From Octopus sinensis (Eukaryota), in assembly GCF_006345805.1 (NCBI RefSeq), contig NC_043006.1, forward strand, positions 92,256,001 through 92,320,000: DNA of 64,000 bases. The letters are read 5' to 3'. Position 1 is the stretch's first letter; every line of letters begins with the position of its first letter. Below the pieces are notes generated by a model, which was not told the DNA's origin, ran no database searches, and saw only the letters and a program-made list of their open reading frames with translations. Shown here in pieces: positions 38,891-53,078 of the stretch. The position numbers and the translations under genes were made by a program.

Positions 38891-39053
38891 GGCGTAGGAG
38901 TGGCTGTGTGGTAAGTAGCTTCATTACCAATCACATGGTCCCGGGTTCAGTCCCACTCCGTGGAACCTTCTGAAATTGTCTTCTCCTTTAGCCTCGGGCC
39001 GACCAAAGCTTTGTGAATGGATTTGGTAGACGGTAACTGAAAGAAGCCCGTCG

Positions 39054-39085
<32 letters not shown>

Positions 39086-39108
39086 CGTGTGTGTGTATGT
39101 GTGTGTGT

Positions 39109-39142
<34 letters not shown>

Positions 39143-39368
39143 TATAGTGTGTATACGTTTGTGTGTCAGTGTTTGTTCCCTTACCATCGTTTGACGACCG
39201 AAGCTGGAGTGTTAACGTTTGCGTAACCTAGCGGTTCGGCAAAAGAAACCGGTGGAATAAGTACTAGGCTTACAAAAAACGAGTCCTTGGGTCGATTTGT
39301 TCGACTAAAGGTGTTGCTCTAGCATGGCCGCAGTCACATGACTGAGACAACTAAAAGAGTAAAAGAGT
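38891..39368 (+). mobile_element. tRNA-derived SINE family B with internal microsatellite
   Basis: Head GGCGTAGGAGTGGCTGTGTGG...GGGTTCAGTCCC and tail AGCATGGCCGCAGTC. Another copy is at 63638-64000. Confidence 0.85.
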
Positions 39369-39728
39369 ATACATACACACACACACACACGCATGCACGC
39401 ACACACACGTACGCACACGCACACACACGCACGCACACGCACACATATATTAACCATGCGTGATTCTCCCGCTGTTATATTTTCACTAAAAAGTATATAA
39501 TGAAGAGAAAAGCATAAAGAATATTACTTATCTTGTTAAACCATTATGCACAGGAATCTTGTTTTCTTCCGAAATTCTTAATGATACCTTCCGCTACATA
39601 GAAAACAAAGAATGTTTAATAATTCCAGAAACACCCACGCTGGCCAGTGAAGAGAAAATGAAAACATCAATTAGACTAAATAAACACAGACGATGGTAAA
39701 TAAATTTCTTTTGCAGTGCTTCGCGAAG

Positions 39729-39794
<66 letters not shown>

Positions 39795-39889
39795 CATTAT
39801 TATTTTTATTATTGTTATTATTATTATTATTATTCGCAATATTCGTAGAAATCCCACGCTTATTTTGAGAGCAATAAAGTAGATATCAA

Positions 39890-40339
39890 TTTGTAGAGAG
39901 AAAAGAATTGCAAATTCTCTCTCTCAGCTACATCTTTTGCTCAAATTTTTGATTTTCAAAATGATTCCATGATCACATGTGTAGTAATGAATGTAAAGAA
40001 CCATTCGAAAGCAGTCTTTTTTTGGTTTATTATACATCTGCCACCACTTCTTCCTTGGAATTTATACCACATTTACTTTTATATCTACTTCATAAAGCGA
40101 ATGTGCTCAAGCAAGATTTCAACACAATTACCCATGAAAATTATGTTTTTGTTTCCGCTGCGCCTAAACGGCCAAATGTTGAAAACTATGTTTAAAGAGG
40201 AACGTATATAGTTACCCGCTTAACTGAATCTTTATCATGGAAGGGAATCAAATACAAAATCCATTTAGACTATTTTTTCTGTTCCGGTATATTTACAGTT
40301 GTAAGTATTCTTTCAATTATATCAGAGAATAACTCATGA
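39890..40339 (+). pseudogene. Possible Cys-loop (nAChR-like) receptor relic, M3 to M4 region
   Basis: SMITCVVMNV..H....FW....LP.LL and SWK.I...LDYFF....F.VVSILSII lie in different frames, with stops. Similarity judged by eye only. Confidence 0.3.
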
Positions 40340-40883
40340 TATATGGTTGCACGTGAAGCCACACAGTCTAAGTGAACAACATACTGTGGCTACCCGATTG
40401 AATTGTGCATACACGTGTGATTGTTCGTGAGTAGGGGTATCTCAGTGTACGTGTATGGAAGCATATTGGCACATGGCTATGTGTGCGTCACCAAATGCCG
40501 CATATCAGAGGAGGTTTCAAGTGGTGAAAGTGTAACAAACTAATAGCGATGTCTCAGCATGGCCACATCTCTTAGATTCAAACTAGTAAAAGATACAAGA
40601 AAATATAAAAGACACACACACACACACATACACAAATACACACACACACTCACACATATTAATATATACTTAGCTATAGAAGGTTGTCTCCCTTGTCAGT
40701 GAATAAAAATTGTGTTCTGCTCGTGGATAAGAGTTCTTTGACTCTTATTTCTATCAATGTCCTTGTAGAGTTGCACCCCAGTCACTTATAGTGACGATTA
40801 AATTTTGCCTATACATACATACAAAGACACATACACATACATATATATTTACACACACGCACACACACACACACACACACACA

Positions 40884-40945
<62 letters not shown>

Positions 40946-41274
40946 AACACAAAAGTGGTGACCCTAACAGGACACCTTACATGCTAGAAGGAACAGTCAG
41001 TACCGCGGTTAAGAGCAATTTTGAAGGCAATGAAAAATAAAAACATTTAAAATATATTGTTCCTGGACCTAGGTTTCGAACTTTAACATATAAAACAATT
41101 TGTTGAGCGAAGTACTCATCAGCTGGTGCGCTGAAAATTAACATATAATTATGAGACAAAATAGCACATGTCTTATCTTTATATATCATAATTTTTCAAA
41201 TCCACCGCGCAAGCGTTGTTTTAGTCGGCAGCAAATAAAAATGTCAACTTACTTAGAAATAACTAAAATCATAT

Positions 41275-41462
41275 TAAGAAAAATATACAGGGTAGGAAAA
41301 TTATAGGAATTCTTTCTACCAGTGGCCTAGCACGTATAAAATAGTCAGTACACAGCATAGTTTTCATAAAACAAATGAAAAGTAAGTTGTCTACTGACTA
41401 TTTTATATATACTAGGCAGTGGTAGTAAACATTTCTATAATTTTCCCACCCTGTATAATTTT

Positions 41463-41466
<4 letters not shown>
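41275..41466. mobile_element. Fold-back MITE-like element
   Basis: Imperfect inverted arms of about 90 bp containing TACAGGGT/ACCCTGTA, with a loop of about 7 bp. Confidence 0.7.
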
Positions 41467-41504
<38 letters not shown>

Positions 41505-41699
41505 TACACACACATATAGGAGTGGGTGCTGAAAGATAGGTTAATTATGATCTTGTTGAAGATACTCCGCTCTGAGATTCACAGACGTATTGCAACGACC
41601 CTTCAGTTTTTCTAAGCCTTCTAAAAGAACTAGGAATATTGTACTTCCAACCAGGCCTTTCACGGTATTCTTAAAGCCAGGAACTTTTCATCACTCACT

Positions 41700-41772
<73 letters not shown>

Positions 41773-43059
41773 TTTGTATACACACACACACACACATATG
41801 ATCTCATTGGAAACATTGGTTTCTTAGTCAATGTCCCTTGCGAATATCTGCTGTGTTTATAATAGTTTATATTTTTAATTTTGTTTTACATTGTAAGTGA
41901 AACAAGACTATCATATTGGAACAATAGATGAAGGTCTACTATAATCGGATCCGCTGCTAGAATCTTTAAAGCATCGTGAATATACCACATGGTGGAACTT
42001 TTGCATTTAGTGCTCAAATACAACTTGAATCAACTTTGCTTTTCTTTTCCTGGGGCATATGGACAAACGATGGGATCCATCTCTTTCTCGCTTTCATACT
42101 CATGTGCGGTGTCTTATGAGAGGAAGCTGGAGGTCATACACAGAACTCCTATTATCTAACTTATACAAGGAATTTCATTGAAAGAAACGATTCAAGAGTG
42201 GATTGCTTAAAAGCCCAAAACTACAACGCTGATAATAATGGAAATGCTAGTTTGTGCTTTAGTATAAAACCTGTTTACATGAAGAGTGTATAATCTCCTC
42301 CGGTTGGTAATGTAGATGGTGGATATGATCACACGAACCATGGGATAAATATGTTTGTTCATTCAACTATTTGTTAAACATAACACACAAGAAAAAAGAA
42401 ATAGCAATCAGATCTAGAGATAACTACAGGCATAACTACATATGGTATAAAAAGGCTAATCCTTTTGTATGTATCGTACATTAAATCACGATCTGGCATG
42501 CTTTATCCGAATGTAGTTAGAGATTATATTGTTTTATATACGCATTTATCTCACAGTCATCAACAAAGGAAGCGTTCCAGATATGAAAATATTAAAAATA
42601 ATGAAATATCAACACTAATTTTGTATATATAATATTTGTTTTCTGATAGATTAGTATTTAAAATATAATCGAAAAATCTCAGCATTAGAGGACAAACATT
42701 TATAGAAAGCGATTTGGATTTACAATATAGACAAGGTAACTTTCATGATCTGAATGCATGGAGCAATGAGCTTATTGCACGTATTACAATATTTTCGTAT
42801 TTTCCCCGTTTCTACTTTAAGTATATTTTCTAACGCAACGATAAGTATGCAAATGCTGAAGAAAAATTCTCATAATCCTAGATTACTAATAAATAAATGG
42901 GTTAAGTTTATCTCAGACCTGTTTACTTGTACAATATATTCCTGAAAGTCAAACTAGCTTCGCAGTTGTTTGTGGATAAAGTAGATAACAAGATAACATA
43001 ACACGGAATACAGCGCTGAGAGAATACACCCGCCGCGCCTGTGTGCATGTTTGTGTGTG

Positions 43060-43148
<89 letters not shown>

Positions 43149-43219
43149 ACATATATATATATATATAAATATATATATATATAAATATATATATATATAA
43201 ATATATATATATATAATAT

Positions 43220-43267
<48 letters not shown>

Positions 43268-44123
43268 TATTCATATATTATATCATATTACATTATATTA
43301 TTACATTACATGTAATATATAGATAGCGAAGAAGAGACTGAAAGAGAGAGAGAGAGACAGACAGCGGGAGACCAGATTGCGGTATAGATTATCAAGCGAG
43401 TTAAGTGATATTTAATTAAATGCTTATTGATATTCATTAACAATCTTTGCAATCTATTCAAAATCTACATATTATAAACAATATTATGTAAGATAGTGAG
43501 CGCACATTATCAGTTCAAAATTAATTTGTGTTTTGGTAAATCATAGACAAAATAAAATGTCATCCTTAATTAAAATTTCAACTTTCGTCTATTTCCTTCA
43601 TTACTTAACATATTCTTAATTATCAATTATATGCCCCAGGATTATATATATTTGTACTAATCATATTTCTGAACAAATACTGTTTTATCTTCACTAATAT
43701 GTGTTTGTTTCTCCAAGCACAGAAAAGTTGATTATTTTTATCGTTCTTATGTATACAAATTACTCGCATGATTCGTTTCTCAAAAATAGTTTGTATGAAT
43801 CGATACTTAAAAATTATCAATAAAATCAGCTCTAATATACAATCTAATAATGGGCTTATAATCGTATTTTAGCATCAACACACGCTGTTTACTAATGCGT
43901 ATTAATCTCTAATCTGAAAAGAGTATAATTAGATTGAAATACGTCAGAATATCACGAAATATTTTAGAATACAGATTATTGCAAAAATATGTCCCTTTTA
44001 CCAGTTGTCATTCACTGTAAATAAATATGAGTGTGTATTATAAGGATATAGATAGATACATACACACACACATACAAACACATACACACATGCACGGCCT
44101 CACATTCACATATAATTACACAA

Positions 44124-44495
44124 AGGTGTGTGGCTTAGTGGTGAGTGATTTGGGATCGCGATCGGAAGGTCGTGATTTCAATTCCACGCGGCGGTCCATC
44201 GTGTCCTTGAGCAAGATATATTATTTCACGTTACTCTAACCCAGTGGAAAGGGACTGGGATTTGGGAGCTAGAGCTGCTAGTTTCATTTCACTGGATTGG
44301 CAAAAATGAGTCGTACCTGTATTACAAAGAGCCAGCCGTGTCACATGGTGAGTTACGCTGAACCTCCCTGAGAATTACTTCACAGGTTCGCGTGTCTGTG
44401 GAGTGCTCAGCCACTTACACGTGAAGTTTAAGAGCAGGATGTCTCGCAGATCAGACCAAATGGAACACTCGTTGTCAATGAAAGAGTGCCAGTTC
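44124..44495 (+). mobile_element. tRNA-derived SINE
   Basis: TGGCTTAGTGG box A, a TTCAATTCC box B-like motif and a GTGTCCTTGAGCAAG core. Confidence 0.65.
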
Positions 44496-45150
44496 GAAAT
44501 TTTTAGTGAATATATCCATTTCACATTAACATTTCGTTGAAAATTGCGGTGTACAAATTCTTAAAATTTTGATGTCACTGTTGTTTTTATCGTTGTCATA
44601 AAATATGCGAATGTGTCATAAAACAATGCAGTTACACGAAAGCGCTTTCCTGTCGGTTATATAGGTGCCGAATTTTAATCAGCGACGATATATTATAGGT
44701 GTAAATTCTCATACTTATAGCGTAAATTAAGTCTAATATTATTTCTCTCTGGAATACATCTACCTTGTTCAGGTGATATAAAATTAACAATTTATATTAT
44801 TTTACTTATATTTTACAAGGTGAAATAGCTCAGGTGATCCAAACTACGGATGTGCATGTTACATTCATTCATTTGTAAATTCATGTACTCGTTTGTAATA
44901 CATGTTAACTTTATACGGACAATTGGTAGAAAACCTACTGCGACAAAATTCTTGATTTTAACATGCCAGGTTTTCAAAAACTGCCTTAGAAAAGTCATTG
45001 AAATGAAAAAGAAACCAGCGAATACTGAGTTGTAAACTCAACATAAAGATGCACACTGATGCAGAATTGATGAATACATTCTTAACTAATATATGCATCT
45101 GCTTTCATACAGATAAATACACATAGAGATAGAAAGGATCGTAGATATAA

Positions 45151-45204
<54 letters not shown>

Positions 45205-45224
45205 ATATATATATATATCTATAT

Positions 45225-45262
<38 letters not shown>

Positions 45263-45267
<5 letters not shown>

Positions 45268-46130
45268 AGTTTGTAGATAAAAGTTTAGGCTAGCAACAGG
45301 CCTGTAGTTTTCAACAAAGATGATGGCTTCATTCTTGGTTACAAGATTCGTCTGCGATACAATTTGGTATGTCAATCAGGTCTTCCTCAGTCATTTTGAT
45401 TACACATATTAATGATTTGCTGTAAACTCTCAGCCCCTCTTGCTCATGTCCAACTATTGAGTTTCTGCCATGTGAGTTCCCATGATACCGTTTGCCTACA
45501 GCTTTAGAGAAACATTCCGGATCACTTGTGCATTTTTTACTGTCAATGCTGGTGCAATATTCTTGCTTAACTATATTCAGCCATAATGCATTAAGGCTGA
45601 AATCTCTCCTTTACATTCCAGATTTTAGAAACTGAAAGAGTCCAGTTCCTATTGAGGGTGGGGGATGGGGTCTTTTTAACAATTATATTTTCCTTCCCCA
45701 TCAGTCTGTGTAATACCTTCGGGTTAGAAGCAAACATGATTTACAGGCACATTGAAAATGTTGTCAGACGTAAGCGAAGTTATTCGCTAAGGGTCTTGAG
45801 TTCATATTTTAGAGTAATTAGCTTTCCCTTAATAGGTTGGTGTGAAGTGACACCATAAAGTTTTGACGATTTCTTCATAAGGAGCAATTAGCGACTTGTA
45901 AAATCATTATTCCATTTATATTTTATTATCATTGTTAACCATCTAATATGGCAGTGCAGGTTGTTGATGTTTTCTTCAAGTTTAGTTTTCCGTCTAGCTT
46001 CCAATAGCTGTATAAACATGTAGGCAGCAGATGTCTCCTAGGTTTTCTTTAAGAGTGGCAGCAGCTGTGTATATGAAGGTATAATTATTCCTGTAATTAA
46101 CACCACATAACGGCATCTCCTTTCCATCAT
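45263..46130 (-). mobile_element. Decayed R4/Dong-like fragment, pre-RT to RT start
   Basis: F.SNPK...R and TNLV.K......NYRPVASLN on the minus strand. Confidence 0.55.
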
Positions 46131-46539
46131 CATCATCATCGTCAATAACTTTTAGCATCGGAGCTACTGGACTTCTTCCATGTCTTGTTGAGAATAGTGT
46201 GTTGCTCAGTTTGTTTCGAAGTAGAAAAGTTTTCTACGAACTCTGGTTTCAAGATGTTTCTAAGTCGACTATATTCCACAGCTTTCTCTGCGGACTCAGC
46301 TACATATGGCTGTCTCTTCTGCATTTAATCGTTTTTAAATTCTTTCTCTGGAGAAGGTGCTGGTTTCTATGTGTGTGTGTGTACGTATGTATGTATGTCT
46401 GTCTGTCTGTATGTATGTATGTATGTATGCATTTGTGGATTATGTATGTGTGCGTGTATGTATGCGTGTATATATGTATGTGTGTATGTATATATGCGTG
46501 CAGGTTTGTATGTCTTGTTTCATGTGTCTTGTCATGCAT

Positions 46540-46613
46540 GTACTAGACGTGCTCGTGTATGCTTAAGTGATAAACTTCAGGAAAGTTTTACAGATTTTTA
46601 CAGCTCCAGTGAC
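46540..46613 (-). mobile_element. Extreme 3' fragment of the 25170-25588 family, inside (TATG)n
   Basis: GATAAACTTCAGGAAAGTTTTACAGATTTTTA is identical to about 25253-25284. Confidence 0.8.
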
Positions 46614-46706
46614 GTATGTATATATGCATGTATGTATCTCTACGTATGTATATGTATATACATATACGTGAATGTATTCGTGCGTATACGAATATATTTC
46701 TCCGTC

Positions 46707-46841
<135 letters not shown>

Positions 46842-47751
46842 GTATATATATGTATATATATGTATATATATATATATATATTGTATATATATACTGGTGT
46901 TGTGAATATATTTTCTTCTTCTAAATCTTGTTCAACATGTATGATTTAGCTAAAATAATTATCACATTGGACGAAATACTAACATCGCTATGATCGATAA
47001 ATATTTTTCAAGGAGATTCTCCAGCGTTCAGCAGTTGAATGACTGAGGCAACACAGTAAAATGATCAAATAAAAGATCAAAAAATAAAAGAAAAAATCAA
47101 AAACATCAGCTCATACAATTCAGTTTCTTTTCTAGATATTTCTAGAAATAGCGTGTTCTAATGATATTTTTAAACAGATAGTTTAATTAAAGACTCTGTA
47201 TTACGTAATATAGGCATTTACGTAATTATCCCAATCAATCGTTAGCGTTCGTTTAAGTGCTTTTTTTAGTGCATGCAAACAACATTATGTCTTTTGAATA
47301 AAAGAGAATTTATAGTTCAGTTTTGATATAAAAAGGACAAAATTTATAAGAATCTATGAATTGTTTTCGAAATAGAATCCTTATATTTTCCTAGCAACCG
47401 TTGTGGAGGAAGAAGCAATGAAGTGCTACAGCACTTCAGTTATATATACATCGCTGTTTGAGAAGATATGCGAGAAAAACTAAAAACAATTTTGAATGAT
47501 TTTTTTTAAAGCAACAAAAGTATGTCCTCATCATGCTTTGAGAAATAGATATTTCTTGCAGCAATTCGCAAGAACAATTTTAACAGATGAAAGCATAACC
47601 AAATAAATCCAAATTAGTTTATTTTTACTGATAATTAACAGTTTAAGGACTCCTGAAAAATAATAGCTTCTACCACTGGCGCCAAGCCTGTAATTTTTAG
47701 GGGACCGGACGAGTCTGTTACATCGTCCCAGTTCTTCACTCGTTCTTTGCA

Positions 47752-47860
47752 TAAGGATGAAAGGCAAAGTTGAGCACGGTGGGAATTGGACTCAGATTGT
47801 AATGAGCCGGAAGATATATCGCTAAGTATTTTTTTCGACGCGCTACTGACTCTGCGGCCT
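47752..47860 (-). mobile_element. SINE family A fragment
   Basis: AAGGATGAAAGGCAAAGT...GGAATTGGACTCAGA. Confidence 0.7.
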
Positions 47861-48370
47861 TAAACACATGGAAAATAATGTCGTTATAGTTAATTCCAAT
47901 CGGATTTGAAATGAAATGATTGTGGAATAAAAAAAATATCAATATTAGTACACTTCGTCAAGTTGTAAATCTTCAGTATGTTAGAAGAACGGTGAGATAA
48001 GGTTTATGAGTACATAACTATTCAAAAGGCATCAATGACGGTGAAGCAAATTTTATTAGCCTAGTATTTGAAATGAACCTTCTACACTTGTGATGGGATA
48101 CAACTACAGCTTCTTCATACAGATTTCTTCTTTTGCAATATGTAATTGAAATTTATTGTCATTCGAAAGTCCCAGTTTTAAAATTCAAATCAGTGTGATA
48201 TTTGTGTTATCGTTTCCAGAGAGGTGAACTATGAATTTTTTTTTTTGATTCAAAGTTTAGCATGCAAGTATACAAGCTATACAAGCTATACAAACTATAC
48301 AAACTATACAAGAATATTTGCTAGTCGAAAGTAAATTTAGAGTATGAAGATTGTTCGTTTGTATGTATGA

Positions 48371-48434
<64 letters not shown>

Positions 48435-48457
48435 GTGTGTGTGTGTGTGTGTATATG

Positions 48458-48504
<47 letters not shown>

Positions 48505-49017
48505 CGTTGATAGACTAAATTATGTGATATGAAGAAGAATCTATTCCAGCATTTCCTCTCTGGGAAATATAGCGAATATAGCATGGAGGAATAACGCAAT
48601 CTTAAGGAGATGAATGTATTATCAGTTGTCAAAGGCAAATGCATTGTACTACTATGGCCCCAAGTTATGCTAAAATGTCGTCTGTGACATTCAGCATGTC
48701 ATAAGTTCCGGTTTTCTGCCATTTGCAAGTTAAATATACACCATGATGTGTGTTTGTGTATTTGTGTCCAAGTGTAATGGAGATATTTATAATGATCTTG
48801 TAATGAAATGCAATAGGGGCCTTGAGCCAAAATCTGAAACCATTTGAAATCAATATAATACAATAAGTATTTATAACATTCTTCACATTATATATTTGGT
48901 TACTCAAACGTCTTCGGATTTTAATACCAGTTTTTGAAATTCTCCAAAGTAGCCGACTCTCATTATGACACTTCGGATATATACCTATATATATATATAT
49001 ATATAATATATATATAT

Positions 49018-49465
49018 ATATGCATATGTGGGCACAAGACGACATGAAACATGTACAACAAATAGTACGAAGCAAGAGTCCATGAAACAAGGACGATTCT
49101 TTCGAGCAATGAAAGACACAAATGGAAAACAAAACAAACAACATAAAGAACGACGGCTCATCAGTTATAGGTTGTTTTTCTTATCTCTTATTTCGAACAT
49201 TTAACAACAATATAAAACAGCTTTCGATAAAACAGCTGCTCCTGCAAAGCAAATTAAATAAAATTTGGGATTTTGCAGAGGGTCAAAAATAGGTAACAGA
49301 AACAGGAAAGTGAAAACAATCAGGAAAGGCTGCTAAGCCTAAAAGAGGTTGTGGTTGTGAACGCGTAAATCAAGCTAGGACAGGAGACAAACAAGAACAC
49401 TCGTGTTTCGTACGTTTTTGTTGTACACGTTTCATGACGTCCTGTGTCCACATATGCATATATGT
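49018..49465. mobile_element. Element with terminal inverted repeats of about 60 bp; left end abuts (TA)n
   Basis: TATGCATATGTGGGCACAAGACGACATGAAACATGTACAAC pairs with GTTGTACACGTTTCATGACGTCCTGTGTCCACATATGCATA. Confidence 0.7.
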
Positions 49466-49534
49466 TTCTTTATTAGCCACACAGGGATTTTACGTATAGA
49501 TGTAAGTATGTACATATACGTATGTATATATGCA

Positions 49535-49582
<48 letters not shown>

Positions 49583-49616
49583 TATACTTTTTATATCGTA
49601 TATATATATTATTTAT

Positions 49617-49695
<79 letters not shown>

Positions 49696-50769
49696 ACAGA
49701 TAGATAGATAGATAGAAGATATATAACACCAACATTTAGTTTAAGTTTTCTAGACTATTAAATATTATTTTGAGTGATACTCCTCTTAGGAAATCTGATA
49801 GATACAAACAGAAATATATGCTTCTTACCTGAAACAAAAGGTCATACTTGCCCATCAAAGCATGTGTATCATATTTTGGGAGAGATTAGTCCTTAATTTG
49901 TTATATATCTAATTTCGTGTCTTTCACCCATTCTTGCTATTTCACTGGGACCATTTATGTTTTAGTTATACAAAATTATGCGGGATGTAGAGAATAATTT
50001 GTACGAAAATATAGATGTCAACAATACAGGTTTTTATAAATGTAGCCATGTTGATGATTGCTAATACGTCAAAGTATGTGCATGATCTTCCATTATCTTC
50101 AAAGGTAATCGGATTTTTGATTCAGTATAATATTCAACTTGGAGGCATGAATTCCGTCCATTTATGTTCCCTTTTTCCTTGAGAGTCGTTAAAATTCGCT
50201 TGTAGATCTGTTTACTTCTCCGACTGAGACAGACGTCACAATATGGAACTTTTCTTGCGGTAGAGCAATCTGCCTTCTGTGTAGTGGCTAGGTAATTATT
50301 TCCTTATTTCATTTTATTTTACATTATGTGTTTACAGTAAATGTTTGTGACACCTATGCAGTTATCTCTGTCTCACCGAATTCTCTATATCCCAAGATGG
50401 AGAGTCTTTTGAACATGGGATCGTAGGCGCATCGATCATGATATGTAGATGAGTAGATTGTTGGCGCTCACACTACGACGTTGCAATTACGTTGCAGTAT
50501 TTGTTCTGGTTTTTAATATTCTGACTTGAACTTCAGCTTGACCTCTTTATGTAGCGAACTTGATCGAACAATGGGCTTAAACAATCATCTGCTCACTTGG
50601 GTAATTGCAATAGAGTCCGATCAGTTGCAATCAGGTCAGGTGGCTGGTTTGAGGATAACTTCCATCATTCTACTTCCGATCATGGAGGCCCACACATAGG
50701 CTAAGTGCTTCCCCTTTGCATATCAATAAAAGACTTAAGAAATATATCTCCAGATGAGATTTAATGGCG

Positions 50770-50925
50770 GTTGGGGGGGGGGGTAGTCGATAACATCGAT
50801 TCCAGTGTTCAGTTGTTACTTATTTTATCGAAAGGATGAAAGGCAAAATCGATCTCGGTGAAATTCTGAGAACGTGAAGACGGACGAAATGTCACGAATC
50901 AGCTCCCGAGAGCTCGCTGCCTTAA
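50770..50925 (-). mobile_element. SINE family A, diverged
   Basis: GAAAGGATGAAAGGCAAAATCGATCTCGG...AGCTCGCTGCC. Confidence 0.7.
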
Positions 50926-51299
50926 TGCATCGTTCTGTATTGGAACATCTGAGTTGCGTAACGCATGAGATATGAGAGCCCAAACCCTGGAGCTTCACGT
51001 AGATATTGTTTATTTGTTTCTTTCTTTTTCTTTATTTATTTATCTTAGCTTCTGTATATATAAATTATGTCATTTCTTAAATAATTAGGTGCTTAACTGT
51101 ACATATATTCTAATATCTATTATGAATAAGTATTAATATTGGTAAAACTACAGGCATTCATATAGTATTAAAAAAGTCTATTGGGAAGAAATGTCTACAT
51201 CTACGTCATCAGTATAATAATATATCGAATAATTATTTAAACAATATTACTCGAATGGAATACCAATATAAGAATATTGAATTATTTGAATATAGCGTG

Positions 51300-51330
<31 letters not shown>

Positions 51331-53078
51331 TGTGTGTGTGTGTGTGCGCACTAAGAGGCACATTTTAAAACAAAGTCTCTTTGATTTTATATGTTTTTAA
51401 GTTTCAAGTTTTTCTGAATATTTTTCATAGAAATAAAGTATAATACGAATGCTAATAAAATTCTTACTATTCACAATGGCATTGGATTAAGAGTTTTATG
51501 ATTTTGACTAATACAGTTATCCAATTCTCTAAAGCTAAGATCTGCATTATTAAAACCCAAAGAGTAACTAGTGTAATCATTCTGTGCTCTGTAGAGGAAC
51601 ACCAAATTAAACGAACGACTGTAGATTAAGTCATCTCTCGTTCCATACTTTTGAAATGTCGGGAAACTGTACTACCCTGCAGCATTTGTTCTGCTTTTCT
51701 GTAGTTCAGTTTTACTGAGTTCAAATTCTCATGAATCCATGACTTCTCCATTATTACGGGTTTGACGAAGTAAATTACTTTTTCAGGGCAATGGATTCGC
51801 GGGATTATTAAGCCGTCCGGTAGATTAAGTGTTTTGCGACATTTGCCATAGCCGTTTGCATTTTGTGTACTTGTGAGCTAGACTTAATTCCCCATCCGCT
51901 TTAACACCACAGCCTCAGCCTTAGTTGCCTTTACCGGAAATCACTTAGTTGCATTCGCACAGGTCTTTGGTTTGGGGTAGCTTCTTCCTTTCCACCGACT
52001 CGAATAAAATATTGCACATCTTTCTCAGCCAATGAAATCAAGTACCATAAACAACCATCCTGGAGGCAACATACACCTCCAGAGCATAACATAATCTCCC
52101 GGGAGCTAACATATTATTCAGTGGTCAAGGAGGGAAAAACACAAAAGCCGCTTGACTAGCAAATCTATTTGTTCATCCTATCAGACTAGAAAAGGAAGAA
52201 CAACATATTGAAGAATTCCATCGTGGTATATTGTATAAAAATAGAACATTGCGATCAAATATCTTATCAATCAGGAATGAATACCCACAAAATTAAAACT
52301 AAAATAAAAAAATTGACTGAGCTGAATCACATGGAAAAAAATCACAAATTATTTTAGTTTGCATTTATTGTAAGATAAATATTTCATTTGCAAATAGGTA
52401 AAGCGTTGCAAATATACTTTATATGGTCGTTCTTTTTAAACTGTTTTGTTTCGAAACCCTCATACGAAACTATCAACGTTTGGCGTACCCTTTTATTCGG
52501 TCAACCCAGTAAATAAGAAGACCTCAGATTGGGTCATGTAAGAAAGGTAAGGAAATGGAATATCTCATAAATTTCAATATCAGCTTTGAGCCATTTCACA
52601 CCACATTACAACAAATAACATTCTCGGTCGTGTTCAATATGTGACAATTTGCTAATAAAATGTTTGCTAGTTCTACTTGAATATATTTGTTGAAAATTAT
52701 TTGATGTATGAAATATATTATCAATTCTTGAAATGTGGCATTCTTGATGTACAAACATGTAGATCATGCCGAAACCCTTTGAAAAAATTATTTTTGTGAA
52801 CTGTTTAAAATTGTAGGAAATCTAGAGCCTGTTGTAAATATATATTTCATAATTAATAAAACAGTCTTCGTTTAAGATTCTCTAACTTTCAATATATCAT
52901 AATAGAAATATTAAACAAACATTTAATATTGCAAAATGTAAGGAGTAAATATTCACGATATAATTTGAAGCGTGTTGTTATAATGAAGTATATGAGAAGG
53001 CTAACTCGGTGAATATAGGATGATAAATATTTAGCAATGTGTCCTTTGCTACAAGGTAAAATAATATATTGCGATATA

